A stretch of DNA of 64,000 nt, from assembly GCA_964016885.1 (NCBI GenBank), contig OZ024746.1, positions 100,626,001 to 100,690,000 of the forward strand, in the 5' to 3' direction. The notes under the pieces were generated by a model. The model saw only the letters and a program-made list of their open reading frames with translations, was not told the DNA's origin and made no database searches. Shown in pieces: positions 53,901-64,000 of the stretch; within the stretch, counting starts at the first letter, position 1, and every line of letters starts with the position of its first letter. The position numbers were made by a program, and so were the translations under genes. The DNA comes from Eledone cirrhosa. Taxonomy: Eukaryota.

Positions 53901-56900
53901 TAGAGTCAGTCACTCACAGCTGAGATATACCACCTAGACTGGGGTGTAGAGTCAGTCACTCACAGCTGAGATATACCACCTAGACTGAGGTATAGAGTCT
54001 GTCCCTCACAGATGAGATATACTACCTAGACTGGGGTATAGAGTCTGTCACTCACAGCTGAGATATACCACCTAGACTGAGGTATAGAGTCTGTCACTCA
54101 CAGCTGAGATATACCACCTAGACTGAGGTATAGAGTCAGTCACTCACAGCTGAGATATACCACCTAGACTGAGGTATAGAGTCAGTCACTCACAGCTGAG
54201 ATATACCACCTAGACTGGGGTGTAGAGTCTGTCACTCACAGCTGAGATATACCACATAGTCTGTGGTGTAGAGTCAGTCACTCTCAGCTGAGATATACCA
54301 CCTAGACTGAGGTATAGAGTCAGTCACTCACAGCTGAGATATACCACCTAGACTGAGGTATAGAGTCAGTCACTCACAGCTGAGATATACCACCTAGACT
54401 GGGGTGTAGAGTCAGTCACTCACAGCTGAGATATACTACCTAGACTGGGGTGTAGAGTCTGTCACTCACAGCTGAGATATACTACCTAGACTGGGGTGTA
54501 GAGTCTACCACTCACAGCTGAGATATACCACCTAGACTGAGGTATAGAGTCTGTCACTCACAGCTGAGATATACTACCTAGACTGGGGTGTAGAGTCTGT
54601 CACTCACAGCTGAGATATACCACCTAGACTGAGGTATAGAGTCTGTCACTCACAGTTGAGATATACCACCTAGACTGGGGTATAGAGTCTGTCACTCACA
54701 GTTGAGATATACTACCTAGACAGGGGTATAGAGTCTGTCACTCACAGCTGAGATATACTACCTAGACTGGGGTGTAGAGTCTGTCACTCACAGCTGAGAT
54801 ATACCACCTAGACTGAGGTATAGAGTCTGTCACTCACAGTTGAGATATACCACCTAGACTGGGGTATAGAGTCTGTCACTCACAGCTGAGATATACTACC
54901 TAGACTGGGGTATAGAGTCAGTCACTCTCAGCTGAGATATACCACCTAGACTGAGGTATAGAATCAGTCACTCACAGCTGAGATATACCACCTAGACTGA
55001 GGTATAGAGTCTGTCACTCACAGTTGAGATATACTACCTAGACTGGGGTGTAGAGTCTGTCACTCACAGCTGAGATATACCACCTAGACTGGGGTGTAGA
55101 GTCAGTCACTCACAGCTGAGATATACTACCTAGACTGGGGTGTAGAGTCTGTCACTCACAGTTGAGATATACTACCTAGACTGGGGTGTAGAGACTGTAA
55201 CTCACAGCTGAAATATACTACCTAGACTGGGGTGTAGAGTCTGTCACTCACAGCTGAGATATACTCCCTAGACTGGGGTGTAGAGTCAGTCACTCACAGC
55301 TGAGATATACCACCTAGACTGAGGTATGGAGTCTGTCACTCACAGCTGAGATATACTACCTAGACTGGGGTATAGAATCTGTCACTCACAGCTGAGATAT
55401 ACCACCTAGACTGAGGTATAGAGTCTGTCACTCACAGTTGAGATATACTACCTAGACTGGGGTATAGAGTCTGTCACTCACAGCTGAGATATACTACCTA
55501 GACTGGGGTGTAGAGTCTGTCACTCACAGCTGAGATATACCACCTAGACTGGGGTATAGAGTCTGTCACTCACAGCTGAGATATACCACCTAGACTGGGG
55601 TATAGAGTCAGTCACTCACAGTTGAGATATACCACCTAGACTGGGGTATAGAGTCTGTCACTCACAGCTGAGATATACCACCTAGACTGGGGTATAGAGT
55701 CTGTCACTCACAGCTGAGATATACCACCTAGACTGGGGTGTAGAGTCAGTCACTCACAGCTGAGATATACCACCTAGACTGAGGTATAGAGTCAGTCACT
55801 CACAGCTGAGATATACCACCTAGACTGAGGTATAGAGTCTGTCACTCACAGCTGAGATATACTACCTAGACTGGGGTATAGAGTCAGTCACTCACAGCTG
55901 AGATATACTACCTAGACTGGGGTGTAGAGTCTGTCACTCACAGCTGAGATATACCACATACTCTGTGGTGTAGAGCCAGTAACTCTCAGCTGAGATATAC
56001 CACCTAGACTGAGGTATAGAGTCAGTCACTCACAGCTGAGATATACTACCTAGACTCGGGTATAGAGTCTGTCACTCACATCTGAGATATACTACCTTGA
56101 CAGGGGTATAGAGTCTGTCACTCACAGCTGAGATATACTACCTAGACTGGGGTGTAGAGTCTACCACTCACAGCTGAGATATACCACCTAGACTGAGGTA
56201 TAGAGTCTGTCACTCACAGCTGAGATATACTACCTAGACTGGGGTGTAGAGTCTGTCACTCACAGCTGAGATATACCACCTAGACTGAGGTATAGAGTCT
56301 GTCACTCACAGTTGAGATATACCACCTAGACTGGGGTATAGAGTCTGTCACTCACAGTTGAGATATACTACCTAGACAGGGGTATAGAGTCTGTCACTCA
56401 CAGCTGAGATATACTACCTAGACTGGGGTGTAGAGTCTGTCACTCACAGCTGAGATATACCACCTAGACTGAGGTATAGAGTCTGTCACTCACAGTTGAG
56501 ATATACCACCTAGACTGGGGTATAGAGTCTGTCACTCACAGTTGAGATATACTACCTAGACTGGGGTGTAGAGTCTGTCACTCACAGTTGAGATATACTA
56601 CCTAGACTGGGGTGTACAGTCTGTCACTCACAGCTGAGATATACTACCTAGACTGGGGTGTAGAGTCTGTCACTCACAGCTGAGATATACTACCTAGACT
56701 GGGGTTTAGAGTCAGTCACTCTCAGCTGAGATATACCTACCTAGACTGAGGTATAGAGTCAGTCACTCACAGCTGAGATATACCACCTAGACTGAGGTAT
56801 AGAGTCTGTCACTCACAGTTGAGATATACTACCTAGACTGGGGTGTAGAGTCTGTCACTCACAGCTGTGATATACCACCTAGACTGGGGTGTAGAGTCTG

Positions 56901-59900
56901 TCACTCACAGCTGAGATATACTACCTAGACTGGGGTGTAGAGTCTGTCACTCACAGTTGAGATATACTACCTAGACTGGGGTGTAGAGACTGTCACTCAC
57001 AGCTGAGATATACTACCTAGACTTGGGTGTAGAGTCTGTCACTCACAGCTGAGATATACTCCCTAGACTGGGGTGTAGAGTCAGTCACTCACAGCTGAGA
57101 TATACCACCTAGACTGGGGTGTAGAGTCAGTCACTCACAGCTGAGATATACCACCTAGACTGAGGTATAGAGTCAGTCACTCACAGCTGAGATATACCAC
57201 CTAGACTGAGGTATAGAATCTGTCACTCACAGCTGAGATATACCACATAGTCTGTGGTGTAGAGTCAGTCACTCACAGCTGAGATATACCACCTAGACTG
57301 AGGTATGGAGTCTGTCACTCACAGCTGAGATATACTACCTAGACTGGGGTATAGAGTCTGTCACTCACAGCTGAGATATACCACCTAGACTGAGGTATAG
57401 AGTCTGTCACTCACAGCTGAGATATACCACCTAGACTGAGGTATAGAGTCAGTCACTCACAGCTGAGATATACCACCTAGACTGGGGTATAGACTCTGTC
57501 ACTCACAGCTGAGATATACCACCTAGACTGGGGTGTAGAGTCAGTCACTCACAGCTGAGATATACTACCTAGACTGGGGTGTAGAGTCTGTCACTCACAG
57601 CTGAGATATACCACCTAGACTGGGGTATAGAGTCAGTCACTCACAGCTGAGATATACTACCTAGACTGGGGTGTAGAGTCTGTCACTCACAGCTGAGATA
57701 TACCACCTAGACTGAGGTATAGAGTCTGTCATTCACAGCTGAGATATACCACATAGTCTGTGGTGTAGAGTCAGTCACTCACAGCTGAGATATACTACCT
57801 AGACTGAGGTATAGAGTCAGTCACTCACAGCTGAGATATACCACCTAGGCTGGGGTGTAGAGTCAGTCACTCACAGCTGAAATATACCACCTAGACTGGG
57901 GTGTAGAGTCAGTCACTCACAGCTGAGATATACTACCTAGACTGGGGTGTAGAGTCTGTCACTCACAGCTGAGATATACCACCTAGACTGGGGTATAGAG
58001 TCTGTCACTCATAGCTGAGATATACCACCTAGACTGGGGTATAGAGTCAGACACTCACAGTTGAGATATACCAGCTAGACTGGGGTATAGAGTCTGTCAC
58101 TCACAGCTGAGATATACCACCTAGACTGGGGTATAGAGTCTGTCACTCACAGCTGAGATATACCACCTAGACTGGGGTGTAGAGTCAGTCACTCACAGTT
58201 GAGATATACCACCTAGACTGGGGTGTAGAGTCTGTCACTCACAGCTGAGATATACTACCTAGACTGGGGTGTAGAGTCAGTCACTCTCAGCTGAGATATA
58301 CCACATAGACTGAGTTATAGAGTCAGTCACTCACAGCTGAGATATACCACCTAGACTGAGGTATAGAGTCTGTCACTCACAGCTGAGATATACTACCTAG
58401 ACTGGGGTATAGAGTCAGTCACTCACAGCTGAGATATACTACCTAGACTGGGGTGTAGAGTCTGTCACTCACAGCTGAGATATACCACCTAGACTGGGGT
58501 GTAGAGTCAGTCACTCACAGTTGAGATATACCACCTAGACTGGGGTGTAGAGTCTGTCACTCACAGCTGAGATATACTACCTAGACTGGGGTGTAGAGTC
58601 TGTCACTCACAGTTGAGATATACTACCTAGACTGGGGTGTAGAGACTGTCACTCACAGCTGAGATATACTACCTAGACTGGGGTGTAGAGTCTGTCACTC
58701 ACAGCTGAGATATACTCCCTAGACTGGGGTGTAGAGTCAGTCACTCACAGCTGAGATATACCACCTAGACTGGGGTGTAGAGTCAGTCACTCACAGCTGA
58801 GATATACCACCTAGACTGAGGTATAGAGTCAGTCACTCACAGCTGAGATATACCACCTAGACTGAGGTATAGAATCTGTCACTCACAGCTGAGATATACC
58901 ACATAGTCTGTGGTGTAGAGTCAGTCACTCACAGCTGAGATATACCACCTAGACTGAGGTATGGAGTCTGTCACTCACAGCTGAGATATACTACCTAGAC
59001 TGGGGTATAGAGTCTGTCACTCACAGCTGAGATATACCACCTAGACTGAGGTATAGAGTCAGTCACTCACAGCTGAGATATACCACCTAGACTGGGGTAT
59101 AGAGTCTGTCACTCACAGCTGAGATATACCACCTAGACTGGGGTGTAGAGTCAGTCACTCACAGCTGAGATATACTACCTAGACTGGGGTGTAGAGTCTG
59201 TCACTCACAGCTGAGATATACCACCTAGACTGGGGTATAGAGTCAGTCACTCACAGCTGAGATATACTACCTAGACTGTGGTGTAGAGTCTGTCACTCAC
59301 AGCTGAGATATACCACCTAGACTGAGGTATAGAGTCTGTCATTCACAGCTGAGATATACCACATAGTCTGTGGTGTAGAGTCAGTCACTCACAGCTGAGA
59401 TATACTACCTAGACTGAGGTATAGAGTCAGTCACTCACAGCTGAGATATACCACCTAGGCTGGGGTGTAGAGTCAGTCACTCACAGCTGAGATATACCAC
59501 CTAGACTGGGGTGTAGAGTCAGTCACTCACAGCTGAGATATACTACCTAGACTGGGGTGTAGAGTCTGTCACTCACAGCTGAGATATACCACCTAGACTG
59601 GGGTATAGAGTCTGTCACTCATAGCTGAAATATACCACCTAGACTGGGGTATAGAGTCAGACACTCACAGTTGAGATATACCACCTAGACTGGGGTATAG
59701 AGTCTGTCACTCACAGCTGAGATATACCACCTAGACTGGGGTATAGAGTCTGTCACTCACAGCTGAGATATACCACCTAGACTGGGGTGTAGAGTCAGTC
59801 ACTCACAGTTGAGATATACCACCTAGACTGGGGTGTAGAGTCTGTCACTCACAGCTGAGATATACTACCTAGACTGGGGTGTAGAGTCAGTCACTCTCAG

Positions 59901-62900
59901 CTGAGATATACCACCTAGACTGAGTTATAGAGTCAGTCACTCACAGCTGAGATATACCACCTAGACTGAGGTATAGAGTCTGTCACTCACAGCTGAGATA
60001 TACTACCTAGACTGGGGTATAGAGTCAGTCACTCACAGCTGAGATATACTACCTAGACTGGGGTGTAGAGTCTATCACTCACAGCTGAGATATACCACAT
60101 ACTCTGTGGTGTAGAGTCAGTAACTCTCAGCTGAGATATACCACCTAGACTGAGGTATAGAGTCAGTCACTCACAGCTGAGATATACTAACTAGACTCAG
60201 GTATAGAGTCTGTCACTCACAGCTGAGATATACTACCTAGACAGGGGTATAGAGTCTGTCACTCACAGCTGAGATATACTACCTAGACTGGGGTGTAGAG
60301 TCTACCACTCACAGCTGAGATATACCACCTAGACTGAGGTATAGAGTCTGTCACTCACAGCTGAGATATACTACCTAGACTGGGGTGTAGAGTCTACCAC
60401 TCACAGCTGAGATATACCACCTAGACTGGGGTATAGAGTCTGTCACTCACAGCTGAGATATACTACCTAGACTGGGGTATAGAGTTTGTCACTCACAGCT
60501 GAGATATACTACCTAGACTGGGGTGTAGAGTCTGTCACTCACAGCTGAGATATACCACCTAGACTGGGGTATAGAGTCTGTCACTCACAGCTGAGATATA
60601 CCACCTAGACTGGGGTATAGAGTCAGACACTCACAGTTGAGATATACCACCTAGACTGGGGTATAGAGTCTGTCACTCACAGCTGAGATATACCACCTAG
60701 ACTGGGGTATAGAGTCTGTCACTCACAGCTGAGATATACCACCTAGACTGGGGTGTAGAGTCAGTCACTCACAGTTGAGATATACCACCTAGACTGGGGT
60801 GTAGAGTCTGTCACTCACAGCTGAGATATACTACCTAGACTGGGGTGTAGAGTCAGTCACTCTCAGCTGAGATATACCACCTAGACTGAGTTATAGAGTC
60901 AGTCACTCACAGCTGAGATATACCACCTAGACTGAGGTATAGAGTCTGTCACTCACAGCTGAGATATACTACCTAGACTGGGGTATAGAGTCAGTCACTC
61001 ACAGCTGAGATATACTACCTAGACTGGGGTGTAGAGTCTATCACTCACAGCTGAGATATACCACATACTCTGTGGTGTAGAGTCAGTAACTCTCAGCTGA
61101 GATATACCACCTAGACTGACGTATAGAGTCAGTCACTCACAGCTGAGATATACTACCTAGACTCGGGTATAGAGTCTGTCACTCACAGCTGAGATATACT
61201 ACCTAGACAGGGGTATAGAGTCTGTCACTCACAGCTGAGATATACTACCTAGACTGGGGTGTAGAGTCTACCACTCACAGCTGAGATATACCACCTAGAC
61301 TGAGGTATAGAGTCTGTCACTCACAGCTGAGATATACTACCTAGACTGGGGTGTAGAGTCTACCACTCACAGCTGAGATATACCACCTAGACTGGGGTAT
61401 AGAGTCTGTCACTCACAGCTGAGATATACTACCTAGACTGGGGTATAGAGTTTGTCACTCACAGCTGAGATATACTACCTAGACTGGGGTATAGAGTCTG
61501 TCACTCACAGCTGAGATATACCACCTAGACTGAGGTAAAGAGTCTGTCACTCACAGTTGAGATATACTACCTAGACTGGGGTGTAGAGTCAGTCACTCAC
61601 AGTTGAGATATACCACCTAGACTGGGGTGTAGAGTCTGTCACTCACAGCTGAGATATACTACCTAGACTGGGGTGTAGAGTCAGTCACTCTCAGCTGAGA
61701 TATACCACCTAGACTGAGTTATAGAGTCAGTCACTCACAGCTGAGATATACCACCTAGACTGAGGTATAGAGTCTGTTACTCACAGCTGAGATATACTAC
61801 CTAGACTGGGGTGTAGAGTCTATCACTCACAGCTGAGATATACCACATACTCTGTGGTGTAGAGTCAGTAACTCTCAGCTGAGATATACCACCTAGACTG
61901 AGGTATAGAGTCAGTCACTCACAGCTGAGATATACTACCTAGACTCGGGTATAGAGTCTGTCACTCACAGCTGAGATATACTACCTAGACAGGGGTATAG
62001 AGTCTGTCACTCACAGCTGAGATATACTACCTAGACTGGGGTGTAGAGTCTACCACTCACAGCTGAGATATACCACCTAGACTGAGGTATAGAGTCTGTC
62101 ACTCACAGCTGAGATATACTACCTAGACTGGGGTGTAGAGTCTACCACTCACAGCTGAGATATACCACCTAGACTGGGGTATAGAGTCTGTCACTCACAG
62201 CTGAGATATACTACCTAGACTGGGGTATAGAGTTTGTCACTCACAGCTGAAATATACTACCTAGACTGGGGTATAGAGTCTGTCACTCACAGCTGAGATA
62301 TACCACCTAGACTGAGGTAAAGAGTCTGTCACTCACAGTTGAGATATACTACCTAGACTGGGGTATAGAGTCTGTCACTGACAGCTGAGATATACTACCT
62401 AGACTGGGGTGTAGAGTCTGTCACTCACAGCTGAGATATAGCACCTAGACTGGGGTATAGAGTCTGTCACTCACAGCTGAGATATACCACCTAGACTGGG
62501 GTATAGAGTCAGTCACTCACAGTTGAGATATACCACCTAGACTGGGGTATAGAGTCTGTCACTCACAGCTGAGATATACCACCTAGACTGGGGTATAGAG
62601 TCTGTCACTCACAGCTGAGATATACCACCTAGACTGGGGTGTAGAGTCAGTCACTCACAGTTGAGATATAACACCTAGACTGGGGTGTAGAGTCTGTCAC
62701 TCACAGCTGAGATATACCACCTAGACTGGGGTATAGAGTCTGTCACTCACAGCTGAGATATACCACCTAGACTGGGGTGTAGAGTCAGTCACTCACAGTT
62801 GAGATATAACACCTAGACTGGGGTGTAGAGTCTGTCACTCACAGCTGAGATATACTACCTAGACTGGGGTATAGAGTCAGTCACTCAAAGCTGAGATATA

Positions 62901-64000
62901 CTACCTAGACTGGGGTGTAGAGTCAGTAACTCTCAGCTGAGATATACCACCTAGACTGAGGTATAGAGTCAGTCACTCACAGCTGAGATATACTACCTAG
63001 ACTCGGGTATAGAGTCTGTCACTCACAGCTGAGATATACTACCTAGACAGGGGTATAGAGTCTGTCACTCACAGCTGAGATATACTACCTAGACTGGGGT
63101 GTAGAGTCTACCACTCACAGCTGAGATATAACACCTAGACTGAGGTATAGAGTCTGTCACTCACAGCTGAGATATACTACCTAGACTGGGGTGTAGAGTC
63201 TACCACTCACAGCTGAGATATACCACCTAGACTGGAGTATAGAGTCTACCACTCACAGCTGAGATATACTACCTAGACTGGGGTATAGAGTCTGTCACTC
63301 ACAGCTGAAATATACTACCTAGACTGGGGTATAGAGTCTGTCACTCACAGCTGAGATATACCACCTAGACTGAGGTATAGAGTCTGTCACTCACAGTTGA
63401 GATATACTACCTAGACTGGGGTATAGAGTCTGTCACTCACAGCTGAGATATATTACCTAGACTGGGGTGTAGAGTCTGTCTCTCACAGTTGAGATATTCC
63501 ACATAGTCTGTGGTGTAGAGTCAGTCACTCACAGCTGAGATATACCACCTAGACTGAGGTGTAGAGTCTACCACTCCCTACCACAGCTGAGATATGCCAC
63601 CTAGACTGGGGTGTAGAGTCTGCCACTCCCTACCACAGCTGAGATATGCCACCTAGACTGGGATGTAGAGGCTGTCACTCCCTAACACAGCTGAGATATA
63701 CCACCTAGACTGGGGTGTAGAGTCTGCCACTCCCTACCACAGCTGAGATATGCCACCTAGACTGGGATGTAGAGGCTGTCACTCCCTAACACAGCTGAGA
63801 TACACCACCTAGACTGGGGTGTTGAGTCTACCATTCCCTACCACAGCTTAGATATACCACCTAGACTGGGGTGTAGACTCTGTTACTCCCTAACACAGCT
63901 GAGATATACCATGTAGACTGGGGTGTAGAGTCTACCACTCCCTAACACAGCTGAGATATACCACGTAGACTGGGGTTTAGAGTCTGTCACTCCCTACCAC
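35906..64000 (+). repeat. Satellite array: 46-bp monomer CACAGCTGAGATATACCACCTAGACTGGGGTGTAGAGTCTGTCACT (~600 copies), 52-bp monomers at edges
   Basis: Direct reading; marker variants are spaced at exact multiples of 46; array runs past the window end. Confidence 0.98.

Noticed and set aside
35906-64000. Satellite as coding repeat or information-storing array
   Set aside because: 46 is not a multiple of 3, units contain TGA/TAG, no ORFs are listed, and the variant order is explained by block duplication.

Overview
Eukaryotic, repeat-rich genomic DNA. The SINE and repeat content resembles octopod cephalopods, which is an inference from recalled motifs. Left part (1-14.4 kb): 5' half of a dead Helitron, tRNA-derived SINEs, a GC-rich Gypsy-like LTR retroelement with an open RT-RNaseH-integrase frame, a CRE-like LINE remnant and three minisatellites. 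Centre (14.4-35.8 kb): part of a + strand host gene missed by the ORF track. A 126-bp phase-1/phase-1 calcium-binding-type EGF exon plus its intron is tandemly amplified as a ~1399-bp unit, giving 13 exons with identical peptide in higher-order blocks. A degraded intronic Gypsy element and a 14th, diverged EGF exon follow. Right part (35.9-64 kb): a ~28-kb satellite of 46-bp monomers (~600 copies) with multi-kb higher-order duplications. Its edges carry a 52-bp monomer, which also forms an inverted array at 9.1-10.1 kb.
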